NCBI GenBank assembly: GCA_013343275.1
Contig: CP046106.1
Coordinates: forward strand, 672,001 to 736,000
Source of the DNA: Candidatus Nanohaloarchaea archaeon
GTDB taxonomy: Archaea > Nanohalarchaeota > Nanosalinia > Nanosalinales > Nanosalinaceae
Direction: 5' to 3'
DNA: 64,000 bases
Every line of letters begins with the position of its first letter. Position 1 is the stretch's first letter. The position numbers and the translations under genes are program-made. The notes beneath the pieces were generated by a model. It was given only the letters and a program-made list of their open reading frames with translations. It was not told where the DNA came from and did not search any database. Positions 29,452-40,175 of this stretch are shown here, one piece after another.

Positions 29452-31869
29452 TTAGCTGAACCTGTCAAGGCCGCTCTGCTTGCCTTTCCCTTTCAGCTGG
29501 TCTTCTGTGTATCCGAACACCTTAAGAACACGTAGTGCAACAGGCAGGACCTGGTTGTCGACGTAGTACTCCGAGTCGTAGCTGTCCGCGTACTTCAGAA
29601 GTCTTGCGCGAGAGGAGATGCTTCCTCCTCCAGAGGTTATAACATAGGTGATGGTTGTCTCTGGCGGGATTTCGTCACCTCTCTTCTTGGCTTTCTTGGC
29701 AGCTTCTACGTGAGGAGCAGTCGAGCCGTACTCTTCGGGGGGCTTGGTTAGAGTAGTATAGATCTTCAGTTTCTCGATCGGCACTTCCCCGTCCTGAAGC
29801 CTGTCAATAGTGTCTTCCACTATCTCCACTGCTTTATCGACGTCATTCTCCAGTACTGCGCGGAGAACCTTCTTCTGAGTATCCTTGGCGATAGGACTCC
29901 AGTCCCGTCGAACCTGCTCGAAGCCTGTAATCTTCATACTGCCGTCTTCATCGATCAGTGCATACTTCTTCTTGGCGCCCTCTCCCGATTCTGTTGAGGT
30001 AAACAGGCCTCTACTGAAGAAACCTTCGAACTCCAGCTCCATGAACTCCGGCAGGTCATCGTTCACCTCATCCAGGAAGCCATCCATCCTTTCACGGATA
30101 TCCTCCCCCTTGAGGAATACCGAGTCAGTATCTCCATATACGACCTCTAAACCGAGTTCTTCGGCAGTATCGATGGTATCTTCGATATACTTCCGACCCA
30201 TAAACGTCGTGGCCTCCGCAGACTCTCTTGAATACCAGCGGGCGCCGTTATATCCTAGATAACCGTAGAAGGAGTTCGCCAGGATTTTCTCGGCCTGCTG
30301 CCGGTTGTAAAGGCTCTGGTACTCCGCGGTTCCTTCATCTTTCTCCTTCATCTCGCTCTTCAACTCGTACCGCTCTTCTACAAGGCCTTCGATCAGCTCG
30401 GGGAAGAAACCTTGTTCGTCCTGGCAGAAGTCGTAGTCAAACTCCTCCAGCGTAAATCTCTCACTGCATTCGTCGAGATTCAGTGTATCCGGAGAGATAT
30501 TGTGAGCTACCATCACCGTAGGGTACAGCGATCGGAAGTCGAACAACGCGATATTTTCATGCAGGCCCGACTCCGGCGTGTAAACAAATCCTCCTGCGTA
30601 GGCCCCTTCCTGTCTCCTGTCCTGTCTTTTCTGCTGTGAAGGCCTGTTAGGTGCAAGTATTTCTCTGCTGTATGCTTCTCTGAGCAGGAAGTTTTCTGTG
30701 AGCTGGCCGTAGGTAAGTCTGCAGGTGTCGAAAGGTATTGTACCAACCAGTTTTGAAAGCTCCATGATCTGTGGCACGATCTCGTCAGAGAGCTTCAGTG
30801 CGAGTTCAGAGTCTTTGAGGCAGTAGTCGGCGAACTTCTCGAGGTCTTCCTGGTTCTTCCATGAGTCTTTCATCTCCTCCCATGTCATCTCGTCCTTCTT
30901 CTCTCCAAGGAGCTCCTCCGCCACCGAATCCAGATCGAGATTCTCTGCATCCATTCCCGGAGAAAGCACATGGTCGACAAAAGGATACAGATCCAGGTGC
31001 GCCCTGCCTTTCAGACGGGCTGCTGAGAACCGGCCTCTCCTGTTAAACTTCATACGCTCGCCGTCTCTACCCAGGGCCAGAGTTACATTGTTCCTCTCCG
31101 CTGCATCTCTCAGCATGGAGAAATCGAACTCATCAGTGTTGTATCCAGTAAGTATATCTACGTCTTCCTCTCTTATTATCTCTACAAACCTGTTTAACAG
31201 CTCTTCTTCATCCTCTACATGTTCAACGAAAGACCTGTCAACCTCTGAAAGAGAAAGCACTTTCTGAAAGCCTTCTGACTTCATTGAGGTCATTATAATT
31301 CTCTCCTGATATACTTCGAGGTCGAAGGCCATGGTACTGTACTCCTGATCTCTTTCCTCTACCTCTGTGTCTACTTCATCAATATTGAGAGCCCTGTCGA
31401 ATTCTTCGGCCTCGACTTCCTCTCCTTCGAGTCTTACTGTTTTACCTGGCCGGATTCCTTCATCAATCAGGTATCTGCGGTAGAAAGGTATGTCGAACTC
31501 TCTGCATCTCTCTGTTTCCGGCAGGTCCCAGACCTGGTTCTTCAGTTTAGGTACGTTCGCCGGCACCGTAGTGTATATCTTTACGGCCTTTCTCTGCTCC
31601 TGACCTACTTCCCGCTCAACTATCTCAGTCTCCTCTACCGGAAGATAATCGCCATCATCTTCCCCGTCTTCCTTAAACTCCTGGCCTTCTATCTCATCCT
31701 CCAGTTCCTCGGCGTCCGCCTCCTCGGATGGGAGCGCATAGAAGTAAGGTCTGAAATCCCTGTCGTAACCTATAACATTGCTGTCGCCGGATTTGCAGAA
31801 CAGCCGGAGGTAGACTTCGTCGTTCTCCGTCCTGTAATCAATATCCAGTACCTGGGTTTCAATTTCCAT
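29452..31869 (-). CDS. polB: Family B DNA polymerase, intein-free
   Basis: AFDLE and GYNTDEFD exonuclease motifs, DFRSLYP, KILANSFYG, YGDTDS, KKKYA. Confidence 0.97.
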   Translation of the reverse strand: MEIETQVLDIDYRTENDEVYLRLFCKSGDSNVIGYDRDFRPYFYALPSEEADAEELEDEIEGQEFKEDGEDDGDYLPVEETEIVEREVGQEQRKAVKIYTTVPANVPKLKNQVWDLPETERCREFDIPFYRRYLIDEGIRPGKTVRLEGEEVEAEEFDRALNIDEVDTEVEERDQEYSTMAFDLEVYQERIIMTSMKSEGFQKVLSLSEVDRSFVEHVEDEEELLNRFVEIIREEDVDILTGYNTDEFDFSMLRDAAERNNVTLALGRDGERMKFNRRGRFSAARLKGRAHLDLYPFVDHVLSPGMDAENLDLDSVAEELLGEKKDEMTWEEMKDSWKNQEDLEKFADYCLKDSELALKLSDEIVPQIMELSKLVGTIPFDTCRLTYGQLTENFLLREAYSREILAPNRPSQQKRQDRRQEGAYAGGFVYTPESGLHENIALFDFRSLYPTVMVAHNISPDTLNLDECSERFTLEEFDYDFCQDEQGFFPELIEGLVEERYELKSEMKEKDEGTAEYQSLYNRQQAEKILANSFYGYLGYNGARWYSRESAEATTFMGRKYIEDTIDTAEELGLEVVYGDTDSVFLKGEDIRERMDGFLDEVNDDLPEFMELEFEGFFSRGLFTSTESGEGAKKKYALIDEDGSMKITGFEQVRRDWSPIAKDTQKKVLRAVLENDVDKAVEIVEDTIDRLQDGEVPIEKLKIYTTLTKPPEEYGSTAPHVEAAKKAKKRGDEIPPETTITYVITSGGGSISSRARLLKYADSYDSEYYVDNQVLPVALRVLKVFGYTEDQLKGKGKQSGLDRFS

Positions 31870-31907
31870 ATACTGGTCTGCGGATCGAAAAATTAAGTAC
31901 CTGTCCA

Positions 31908-32097
31908 GCAGCAGCCTCTGAAAGAGGGATGTGTAATATCTCGTGAACAGGTTATCCTGGTTTTCGGGCCTGAAAATCAGGGTAGTTGTTGTTGCATAGG
32001 TAACTGCTGCCTGATTTCAATCAAGGTGCCGGATGTAAACCTCTAGTTCTAATGCAGGCTTTTCTAAGCTTTGAAACACAGAATAAGGCCCGCATTA
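31908..32097 (+). other. Candidate structured RNA between polB and the histone gene
   Basis: GCAGCAG(31908-14)/CTGCTGC(32004-10) closes hairpins 31915-27 and 31954-83; a further stem at 32050-97. Confidence 0.3.
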
Positions 32098-32176
32098 ATC
32101 CTAAGGTTTTTATAGGGATTCAAACAATAACTATCATAGAAGATATAGTTTTTTCCAAAAGGAGGTGACAATTACC

Positions 32177-32374
32177 ATGGCAGAACTACCACTAGCACCT
32201 GTAAAGAGAATTATCAAACAGTCCGGAGCTTCCAGAGTTTCCGAAGATGCAGTAGAGGAACTAAGAGATGAACTGGAAGGATACGCTAGCGACCGAGCAC
32301 GAGAAGCTAAAGAGTACGCTCAGCACGCTGGCAGAAAGACTGTACAGGCCGACGACGTAAAGGCTTCACAGTAA
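32177..32374 (+). CDS. Archaeal histone (canonical)
   Basis: ELPLAPVKRIIK..GASRVSEDA...AQHAGRKTV..DD; GGAGGTGA RBS. Confidence 0.96.
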   Translation: MAELPLAPVKRIIKQSGASRVSEDAVEELRDELEGYASDRAREAKEYAQHAGRKTVQADDVKASQ

Positions 32375-32435
32375 GTCCTTTCTCGGCCAACGAGTTTTTA
32401 CCTATTACCTTTCTTATTTTTCTTGAGTGAACTAG

Positions 32436-33197
32436 ATGAGGATTGAAAACAGCTTTATTCTCGCACCCGGAGTAGGAGAGAAGACTGAGAAGAAACTCTG
32501 GAAAAAAGGAATAACACACTGGGACCATATAGAGAATACTAACGAAGTAAGCAGCCGGAAACAGGAAAAAATATCCAGCTTTGTACAGAAGGCCCGGAAA
32601 AACCTTGAAGTAGAGAACTCAGTGTTCTTCCAGGAAAACCTCCCTAACAAAAGCCTCTGGAGACTTTACCGCAACTTCGAGGAAAAGGCCTGCTTCTTCG
32701 ATATCGAGACCACCGGCCTCGACAAGAAAAAGAACAAGGTTACAACCGTCAGCTTCCACCGCGACGGAGATTCACGGACCTTGATACAGGGCCAGGACCT
32801 GACAAAGGAAAGACTTGAGGAAGAGATGTTCGAATCAAAGATACTTGTATCGTTCAACGGAAAACGTTTCGACCAGCCGTTCCTCGAACAGAGCTTTGAC
32901 ATGGATATCAACGTTCCGCATATCGATCTCATGTACCTATTCAAACGTATCGGCTACTCCGGCGGCCTGAAAAAGATCGAGAAACAGCTGGATGTTGACA
33001 GAGAGCTGGAGGATATCGATGGACGAGAAGCTGTCCGGCTCTGGAAGCAGTACGAGAATAACGGCAATCAGGAGGCACTGGATAAGCTGGTCAAGTACAA
33101 CCAGTACGATGCCAGAAACCTTGAGAGCCTTCTTGAGATAGTGCATGAGCGCTTAACGGGCGAAGTGTTTGAGCCTCACAGGCCTTCCGAACGATAG
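32436..33197 (+). CDS. RNase H-like (YprB/DnaQ-type) exonuclease with N-terminal HhH
   Basis: PGVGEKTE, FDIETTGL, FNGKRFD.PFL, HIDL, GGLKKIE, YNQYD. Confidence 0.88.
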   Translation: MRIENSFILAPGVGEKTEKKLWKKGITHWDHIENTNEVSSRKQEKISSFVQKARKNLEVENSVFFQENLPNKSLWRLYRNFEEKACFFDIETTGLDKKKNKVTTVSFHRDGDSRTLIQGQDLTKERLEEEMFESKILVSFNGKRFDQPFLEQSFDMDINVPHIDLMYLFKRIGYSGGLKKIEKQLDVDRELEDIDGREAVRLWKQYENNGNQEALDKLVKYNQYDARNLESLLEIVHERLTGEVFEPHRPSER

Positions 33198-33233
33198 ACT
33201 TAAAAACGACTGATCCCAACTTTCAGATGAAAA

Positions 33234-33580
33234 TGGCCTTGGTACAAAATACACCGGCTCCGGAAAACATGTGGATGGATTCCGTGAGCTACTGCTATAC
33301 CCATCTGACCAGGGCCAAGGCTAAATTCTCAATTATTAACTTCCTGGCAGAGTAAAGCGGGATGAAGCCTTGGCTCCTACTGGAGTCAAGCGCCGACCGC
33401 GAATACTCAAGGCTTCTGGAAAATAGGATTCCAATTCTTCTACCTCTGTGGAACATAGGGTAGAGTTTTGGAATCGGAGGTATGCTGTGCTTGCAAGGTG
33501 CAGTGTACCTCACGGTTACCTATTCAACTTACTGACTGATCAAACACAAGTCGAACCGAAAAACACAACACGCCAGGTGA
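33234..33580 (+). ncRNA. Unclassified highly structured RNA or long 5' leader
   Basis: Nested helices rich in G-U pairs (only viable on the + strand) and an H-type pseudoknot; TATA-like CTTAAAAA at ~33199. Confidence 0.6.
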
Positions 33581-33588
33581 CAACACCA

Positions 33589-33702
33589 ATGGACGCAAAC
33601 GCGCGGCATTTCGAAGTAGAACTTCAGGCCCAGCTTGAGGAAGAGGAAACTCAGGCACAGGTACATCCTGAAGCAAACGTCGTCGCAGTTCAAACTCTCT
33701 GA
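33589..33702 (+). CDS. 37-aa acidic peptide MDANARHFEVELQAQLEEEETQAQVHPEANVVAVQTL
   Basis: AGGTGA RBS 8 nt upstream; acidic host-like composition. Confidence 0.6.
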   Translation: MDANARHFEVELQAQLEEEETQAQVHPEANVVAVQTL

Positions 33703-33753
33703 GAAAGAATAATAGAGAACTTCCGCAGACCCTAGAAACCGCTCTAGCGGGAG

Positions 33754-34242
33754 CTATTCGTCTTGCTGATACGCTGCCGACTCGAATGCAGCCCAGCCAT
33801 TAGCCATAGAATCAAGTATCGAAGTAAACGAACGCGCCGGCTTCACAACCTTTCGACGGCCCTGCTTGCCCTCACGCTGGCCACGATACTCCAGGTATTC
33901 ATACTGTATAACACCAATCCTTCTCAACTTAGGCAGAATATTGTTCTTCAAGTTTGAAAGGCCTTTCTCATGACCCCATTCGCCGAAATTATTCAACTTC
34001 TCGGAGTCTATCTCTCCTTCATCCTTTAACTCGCGCAGAAATATCTTTGCGTACTTATTCCTCTTCGGAGACTGCTCCTGAGGGAAAAACAGGTCAACGA
34101 TCTTCTCCCAGTTCCATGCACGATCAGACTTCCTGTACTTCTGACTGTCGCGCGGAATAGCGATCGAGTTCTTAGTAACTATAGTAGTAGATTTACGGGC
34201 CTCTTCATCTACAAAAGGGTGCTCCTCATCATTCTCCGACAT
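33754..34242 (-). CDS. Winged-helix DNA-binding protein of unknown function
   Basis: IFLRELK...LSNLKNNILPKLRRIGVIQY...RKVV wHTH-like pattern; basic C-terminal half. Confidence 0.7.
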   Translation of the reverse strand: MSENDEEHPFVDEEARKSTTIVTKNSIAIPRDSQKYRKSDRAWNWEKIVDLFFPQEQSPKRNKYAKIFLRELKDEGEIDSEKLNNFGEWGHEKGLSNLKNNILPKLRRIGVIQYEYLEYRGQREGKQGRRKVVKPARSFTSILDSMANGWAAFESAAYQQDE

Positions 34243-34252
34243 AACAGGTGTT

Positions 34253-34269
34253 TAACAAAGGAGGTATAT
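34253..34269. promoter_or_regulatory. Putative operator between the TATA and the start of the wHTH gene
   Basis: TAACAAAGGAGGTATA is identical (16/16) to the reverse complement of 41804-41819. Confidence 0.6.
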
Positions 34270-34315
34270 CAAAGAACCGGAAAGTGATAAAGCAGGACAG
34301 AACAACTAATTATAC

Positions 34316-34729
34316 ATGAACCAGCGTAAAGGAATCACCCCTGTAGTGGCAGTAACACTTCTCATCAGCATAACTGTAGCCGCTACCGGAACACTCTACT
34401 ACCAGATAGAGGGCGCTCAACAGGCCGCGAGAGGAGGAACCTCTGATATATTCGAGCAGTCAAGGCTAACTATCGAGGCCTGCAACAGCAACTCTGCCAG
34501 AAGCATTCTCTACGTCAGGAACAGCAACACCATGGCAATAAACACGAGCGAACTCAGCGTGTATATAAACAGCAGGCCTGTATCAGACTCCGAATATAGC
34601 TTCACTCCGACCGTTGTGGATCCTCAGAGAGATTTCAGGCTGAGGATAGACGGCAGAAATCTGAACAGATCGCAGGTGGTGGAGATTCAGGGCCGGAACA
34701 ACCAGTTCACCTACCGCTGTCTCAACTAG
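34316..34729 (+). CDS. Type IV pilin/archaellin-like protein
   Basis: Class III signal peptide MNQRKG|ITPVVAVTLLISITVAA. Confidence 0.88.
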   Translation: MNQRKGITPVVAVTLLISITVAATGTLYYQIEGAQQAARGGTSDIFEQSRLTIEACNSNSARSILYVRNSNTMAINTSELSVYINSRPVSDSEYSFTPTVVDPQRDFRLRIDGRNLNRSQVVEIQGRNNQFTYRCLN

Positions 34730-34770
34730 GAAATTTATTTTTTGAAACTTGACCTTCCACTGATTTCACT

Positions 34771-35265
34771 ATGAGCTACGAAGAACTCTCCCGAGAAGAA
34801 CTAGTCGAGGCCCTGCAACAGGTAGAAAGAGAACTTGAAGAAGCACAGCAGGAAAGAGATGATAAAGAGGAACTGGCGAAGAAGGTCAAGGCCGACTTCG
34901 AGAACTACAAGAAAAGAGAACAGGAGAGAAAAGAACAGTGGCAGATCGAGGCCCAGCAGAAACTCGCGGAAGACCTGATCGAAGTACTTGATAACCTGGA
35001 GAGAGCTATTCTATCAGCAGATGAAGACTCTACCGTTGTACAGGGAGTGAAGATGGTTGCCGATCAGCTATACGAGACACTGGAGAAAAAAGGCCTTGAA
35101 AGAATAGATGCAGAGGGAGAGGAGTTCGATCCTGAACTGCACAAGGCCGTAGAGACCGAGGAAGGTACTCACAACAAAGTTCTGCGGCAGAAGAGAAAGG
35201 GCTATATGTTCGATGAAGAGGTACTTCGGGAGGCAGAGGTTGTAGTCGGTAAAGAAGAGGAGTAG
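34771..35265 (+). CDS. grpE: Nucleotide exchange factor GrpE
   Basis: ADFENYKKR, VLDNLERA, FDPELHKAV, GY....VLREA.VVV. Confidence 0.96.
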   Translation: MSYEELSREELVEALQQVERELEEAQQERDDKEELAKKVKADFENYKKREQERKEQWQIEAQQKLAEDLIEVLDNLERAILSADEDSTVVQGVKMVADQLYETLEKKGLERIDAEGEEFDPELHKAVETEEGTHNKVLRQKRKGYMFDEEVLREAEVVVGKEEE

Positions 35266-35345
35266 AGTTTTTGTGGAACTGATTTAAAAATTTTTATTCA
35301 TGTAATCAAAAAATAGTTGACAACCATTCCAGGTGAATAAATTCT

Positions 35346-37298
35346 ATGAGCGAGAACAACAAGATTATCGGCATCGATCTAGGTACGACAAGAAGCGCAA
35401 TGGCAGCAATCCAGGACGGAGAGCCAAAAATTCTGGAAAACAACGAAGGAGAGAGAATCACTCCCTCAATAGTGGCCTTTGACGATGAAGAGAGACTGGT
35501 CGGAAAACAGGCCAAGAACCAGATGGTGACGAACGAAGAAAATACTGTTAAATCCATCAAGCGCCACATGGGCGAAGATTATACTGTAGAACTTGAAGGA
35601 GAGGACTACACCCCGCAGGAAATTTCCTCAATGATCCTGCAGAAGCTGAAAACAGATGCTGAAGACAAGCTCGGCAACGATGTAGAGAAGGCCGTTATCA
35701 CTGTTCCCGCTCACTTCGACGACACCCAGAGACAGGCCACGAAGGATGCTGGAGAGATCGCAGGCCTTGAAGTTGAGAGAATTCTGAACGAGCCGACCGC
35801 TGCAGCTCTCGCGTACGGCCTTGACGATGAGAACGATCAGACTGTTCTTGTATACGATTTCGGAGGCGGAACATTCGACGTCACCGTGCTCGAGATGGGA
35901 GACGGAATCTACGAGGTCCAGTCCACTGAAGGAGACAACGATCTGGGAGGCGACGATTTCGACGAAGAGATAGTCGACTGGGTGCTGGAAAAGTTTGAGG
36001 ACGAAAACAGAATCGACCTCTCGGATAAGGACGAAGCGATGCAGAGAATCAGAGAAAAAGCCGAGGAAGCGAAAAAAGAGCTTTCCAGCCGGAAACAGGC
36101 CAAGATAAACATTCCGTTCATCCATCAGGAGGACGGCGAGACATACAATATTGACTACGAGCTGACACGCTCCAAGTTCGAGGATCTTATCGAGGATCTC
36201 GTTCAGAGGACGACAGAGCCTACCGAGACAGCCATAGAAGACGCAGGTATCGAAAAGTCAGACATTGACGAAGTTATCCTTGTCGGAGGAACCACGAGAG
36301 TTCCAGCCGTCAGAGAACATGTCCAGGCAATCACCGCCCAGGAACCAAACCAGGAGGTCAATCCTGCAGAGGCCGTAGCACAGGGCGCAGCAATTCAGGC
36401 CGGATCCATCACAGGAGAGATGGACGACATTCTTCTGCTCGATGTAGCACCTCTCAGCCTCGGAGTTGAGGTTAAAGGAGGCCTTACAGAGACACTAATT
36501 GAGAAAAACACGACAGTACCAGCCGAAGAGTCCAAGACCTTCACTACCGCGATGGACAACCAGACCGCAGTAACCATCAACGTAGTGCAGGGAGAACGCG
36601 AGATGGCAGAAGACAACAAATCTCTAGGAGAGTTCAATCTACAGGGCATCCCTCCTGCTCCAGCCGGACAGCCACAGATCGAAGTAACATTCGAGATCGA
36701 CGCAGACGGAATTCTACAGGTATCTGCAGAGGAACAGCAGAGTGGAGAAGAGGCCTCAATTTCAATTGACGATACCTCCCGGCTTGACGAAGATGAAATC
36801 GAGGAAATGAAGGAAGAGGCCGAGAAACACGAGGAACAAGACCGCAAGAAACGCGAGTTTATCGAGGCCAAGAACAAGGCCGATCAGATGATCTCCCAGG
36901 CAGAGACACAGATCGAGAACTTTGAAGACCAGGTCGACGAAGAAGTGATCGAAGAAATAGAAGAAGCAATTGAAGATGTCAGAGAGGCCCGTGAAGAAGC
37001 AGAAGAGATTGAAGATCTCGAAGAGGCCAAAGAAGAGATTGAAGAAGCGATTGAAGGCCTTGAGGAGGAGCTTCAGGAGATCGGCCAGGAAATGTACGAC
37101 GGCCAGCAAGGAGGTCCCGGCGGAATGGGAGGAGCAGGTTTCGATCCTTCCAACATGTCCGAGGAAGATCTTAAAGAAGCCGCTCAGAACATGGGCGGTG
37201 CCGGAGGACCTCAGCAAGGCGGAGATGATGTAGTCGATGCAGACTACGAAGAAGTAGAGACAGAAGAAGAATCAGGAGAAGAAGGGAAAGAGGAGTAA
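35346..37298 (+). CDS. dnaK: Chaperone DnaK
   Basis: [39 protein letters not shown]. Confidence 0.98.
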   Translation: MSENNKIIGIDLGTTRSAMAAIQDGEPKILENNEGERITPSIVAFDDEERLVGKQAKNQMVTNEENTVKSIKRHMGEDYTVELEGEDYTPQEISSMILQKLKTDAEDKLGNDVEKAVITVPAHFDDTQRQATKDAGEIAGLEVERILNEPTAAALAYGLDDENDQTVLVYDFGGGTFDVTVLEMGDGIYEVQSTEGDNDLGGDDFDEEIVDWVLEKFEDENRIDLSDKDEAMQRIREKAEEAKKELSSRKQAKINIPFIHQEDGETYNIDYELTRSKFEDLIEDLVQRTTEPTETAIEDAGIEKSDIDEVILVGGTTRVPAVREHVQAITAQEPNQEVNPAEAVAQGAAIQAGSITGEMDDILLLDVAPLSLGVEVKGGLTETLIEKNTTVPAEESKTFTTAMDNQTAVTINVVQGEREMAEDNKSLGEFNLQGIPPAPAGQPQIEVTFEIDADGILQVSAEEQQSGEEASISIDDTSRLDEDEIEEMKEEAEKHEEQDRKKREFIEAKNKADQMISQAETQIENFEDQVDEEVIEEIEEAIEDVREAREEAEEIEDLEEAKEEIEEAIEGLEEELQEIGQEMYDGQQGGPGGMGGAGFDPSNMSEEDLKEAAQNMGGAGGPQQGGDDVVDADYEEVETEEESGEEGKEE

Positions 37299-37306
37299 AA
37301 ACTCCT

Positions 37307-37504
37307 TTATTCCCTCTCCGTTATATCCTGATATGCGAGGACTGTGAAGATTACGGCCAGCGCAAATGAACTGAAAGCGAGAGTTGAGTTATCTGAGTAA
37401 AACTGGAGAATGCCTCCAAGATACATCATGCTCAGGCATACGGCCCAGATGATCTTCCTTTTCGATCTATCGAGCTCGAAATCAAGGTAATCAGTTAAAG
37501 ACAT
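37307..37504 (-). CDS. Small two-TM membrane protein
   Basis: 65-aa hydrophobic ORF lying antisense between dnaK and dnaJ. Confidence 0.6.
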   Translation of the reverse strand: MSLTDYLDFELDRSKRKIIWAVCLSMMYLGGILQFYSDNSTLAFSSFALAVIFTVLAYQDITERE

Positions 37505-37536
37505 ACACAGAAAGTACAGGAGGACGAATAAAAACT

Positions 37537-38616
37537 ATGAGCAAGGAATACTACGAACTTCTAGGAGTAAGCGAAGACGCAAGTCAGGAGGAAATCAAGA
37601 AGGCCTACAGGAAGAAGGCCAAAAAATACCATCCGGACAGCAACTCTGATAGTGCTGACGAGGAGAAGTTCAAGAAGATTAACAAGGCCTACGATGTTCT
37701 CAGCGATGAGGAAAAAAGAAAGAAGTACGACAGATTTGGCAAGCAAGGTGTTGAAGGTAACGCCCGGGCAGGTCAGCAGAGGGCCTCGCAGAACTTCCAG
37801 GATATCTTCGAGCATCTGTTCGGAGGCGGAGGTCGTGGCGGTCGCCGCGGCAGAAACTCCGGGGAAAACCTGAGAATCCAGACAGCTGTAACCCTGGAAG
37901 AGGCCTATAAAGGAGTTGAGAAAAGTTTTGAGGTTGCCAGGAATAAAGAGTGTCCTGAATGTAATGGTTCTGGAGCTGAAAATGGTAATACATCTACATG
38001 TACAGAGTGTGATGGCCAGGGTAGAGTTCGACAGGTCCAGAGAACGCCTTTCGGCCGTACACAGACAGTTACAGAGTGTCCTACGTGTAATGGAACAGGC
38101 GAAGTTCCTGAAGAGAAATGCAGCGAATGCAGTGGCGAAGGAGTAACTGAGCAGGAGGAGCAGATAACAGTTGATATTCCTGCAGGAGTGAAGGACGGCC
38201 AGAGACTGAAGGTTGCCGGCAAAGGTAATGAGGCCAGAGGAAGGCCTGGCGACCTGATAATCCGTGTCAGCGTGGAGCCTCACGACTCACTTGAGCGCAG
38301 AGATAACGACTTGTTTACTACTGCAAAGGTCGGTATCGGAGACGTAGCTCTTGGAACAGAGATCACGGTACCAACTCCGGACTCGGAGATACAGGTAGAG
38401 ATCCCTGAAGGCACTCAGCCAGGGCAGGTACTCAGAGTCAGCGGGAAAGGAATGCCTTCTAGACGGGGCCGTGGCTACGGAGATCTGTTCATCAAGGTGG
38501 ATGTTGAGATACCGGAGGACTTGACCGAGGAGCAGAGAGAAACGCTGGAAGAGCTCCGACAGGAAGACGAGGAATCAAAGACTTTCTTCGAGACAGTCAA
38601 GGACTTCATCGGGTAG
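37537..38616 (+). CDS. dnaJ: Chaperone DnaJ
   Basis: J domain HPD, four CxxCxGxG repeats. Confidence 0.97.
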   Translation: MSKEYYELLGVSEDASQEEIKKAYRKKAKKYHPDSNSDSADEEKFKKINKAYDVLSDEEKRKKYDRFGKQGVEGNARAGQQRASQNFQDIFEHLFGGGGRGGRRGRNSGENLRIQTAVTLEEAYKGVEKSFEVARNKECPECNGSGAENGNTSTCTECDGQGRVRQVQRTPFGRTQTVTECPTCNGTGEVPEEKCSECSGEGVTEQEEQITVDIPAGVKDGQRLKVAGKGNEARGRPGDLIIRVSVEPHDSLERRDNDLFTTAKVGIGDVALGTEITVPTPDSEIQVEIPEGTQPGQVLRVSGKGMPSRRGRGYGDLFIKVDVEIPEDLTEEQRETLEELRQEDEESKTFFETVKDFIG

Positions 38617-38670
38617 AAGCAATCCAGCTCAGTTAATAATTTTTTAAACTATTCTATTAATTTTTCTTTT

Positions 38671-39063
38671 ATGGAGATTGTAAGCCTTTCAGTAGACGAA
38701 GAGACACTGGAGAAAATCGAAGAAATACAGGAAGAAGGAAATTTTAACGGAAGAAGCGAACTGGTCAGAAAGGCCATCGAAAGGCTTCACCAAGAGACAA
38801 TGGAGAACCAGAAACTGGAGGGCGAACTCAATGCAGTGATCGTAGCCCGGCACCCATATCAGAAAGAGCAGGAAGTAGCCAAGATATCACACGAATTCGA
38901 TGAAGTAGTAACCACCCAGCTGCACAGCAAGCTCAGCGGAGGCCGATGCCTCAAAGTATTCCACACCAACGGCACAGCCAGCAAAGTAATAGAGTTCTAC
39001 AACGAACTTGAAGGAAGCAAACACACAGACTCAGTCAACATGCTGCCACAAGACCAAAAATGA
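38671..39063 (+). CDS. NikR-family ribbon-helix-helix regulator
   Basis: VSLSVD...GRSELVRKAI RHH; C-terminal H...LHSKL...C metal site. Confidence 0.85.
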   Translation: MEIVSLSVDEETLEKIEEIQEEGNFNGRSELVRKAIERLHQETMENQKLEGELNAVIVARHPYQKEQEVAKISHEFDEVVTTQLHSKLSGGRCLKVFHTNGTASKVIEFYNELEGSKHTDSVNMLPQDQK

Positions 39064-39262
39064 AATAACTTGGTAGCTGTCAAGTGAAACAAGAGATTCT
39101 TCCCAGCAAATTAGAGGATAATAGTTTTAGTATTCCTTCCGAGGGACAAAGGCGGTATTTGGTGTTTAATAGGTTGTTTTTGTTTTCTAAAGGTCTAATC
39201 TGTTAAAAAGCAAATTTTTTGGGAAAAAGATTTTTACTTTTGTAGTATCAAGTCCTTCCTGA

Positions 39263-40057
39263 ATGGATTTCCTGAAACAAGAATATAGGGAGAAAGAGAC
39301 ATGGATTCCCGATTCTCGTTTATTAGCTGCAGCTGTAGCTGTTGTTGTGCTTCAAGCAGTGTTCTATAAATTTGTTATCACATCTTTCCTGAGTTTAGTT
39401 CCTTTTAACTTTGTTACTGACATATTAATCGGCCTAACTGGTTTTTTAATAGAAATTTTAGTTATTAAGTATGTTTTAGATAGTTATCAGAGTATTAAGG
39501 AGGGTTTACGGTACGGCATTTCTGTAGCTTCGATTTGGTTATTACTTAACATATCTTGGGTTTTCCACGACTTAATAATAGGTGTATCATGGGCAAATAA
39601 TATCGAATCTTTACTAGCTGGCCCAGTAGTTAGTTTACTTGAAAGCACTTCCATATTTTTAGTTTATAAGAGATTTCCAACAGGTATAGATATAGAGCGA
39701 TTTAAGGAGTATACTATTTATTCTGTAATTGCAGTTATGCTATTTTTTATAACAGGTATAATCTTTAACGGGCTTTCTGACCTAAATTATGTGTTCGCTG
39801 ATGCCGGATTCTTACTGGTTCCGACTATATTGGAGATCTACTGTCTAAGAGAAATATTGCCAGAAATTTCGGAGCTAGACAGCTTAAGATTCACTTCCTA
39901 TGCTGTTCTAGCAGTATCTGCCATAATCTTAATTACTTCTATAATAGAATTTCTACTTCAGCTAAGAGTAAATATCCCTGGAGATATAAGTTTAGCCTTT
40001 ACTCTTACAGTGGTAATGCTCATTATATGGCATCAGGAGCTGCGAACTGAAAAATAA
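39263..40057 (+). CDS. Polytopic membrane protein, AT-rich
   Basis: About eight TMs; markedly AT-rich codons compared with neighbours. Confidence 0.7.
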   Translation: MDFLKQEYREKETWIPDSRLLAAAVAVVVLQAVFYKFVITSFLSLVPFNFVTDILIGLTGFLIEILVIKYVLDSYQSIKEGLRYGISVASIWLLLNISWVFHDLIIGVSWANNIESLLAGPVVSLLESTSIFLVYKRFPTGIDIERFKEYTIYSVIAVMLFFITGIIFNGLSDLNYVFADAGFLLVPTILEIYCLREILPEISELDSLRFTSYAVLAVSAIILITSIIEFLLQLRVNIPGDISLAFTLTVVMLIIWHQELRTEK

Positions 40058-40175
40058 ATAATGATATAGGTTTACGTACGCACACATGGTTTTTCGACTA
40101 TTATGTAGAAGAGCAATTATCTCCTAGAAAAATGTAAATGTTATCGCCACGAAACAGATACATGGTGTATCAGAG

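Noticed and set aside
33234-33580. Assignment as SRP RNA, RNase P RNA, tmRNA or group II intron domain V
   Set aside because: No SRP helix-8 motif, no RNase P GAGGAAAGUCC or CR-V, no tRNA-like ends, and the 35-nt hairpin lacks the AGC triad and AC bulge
37307-37504. Mobile insertion splitting dnaK and dnaJ
   Set aside because: No terminal repeats or target duplication; looks like an ordinary small membrane gene
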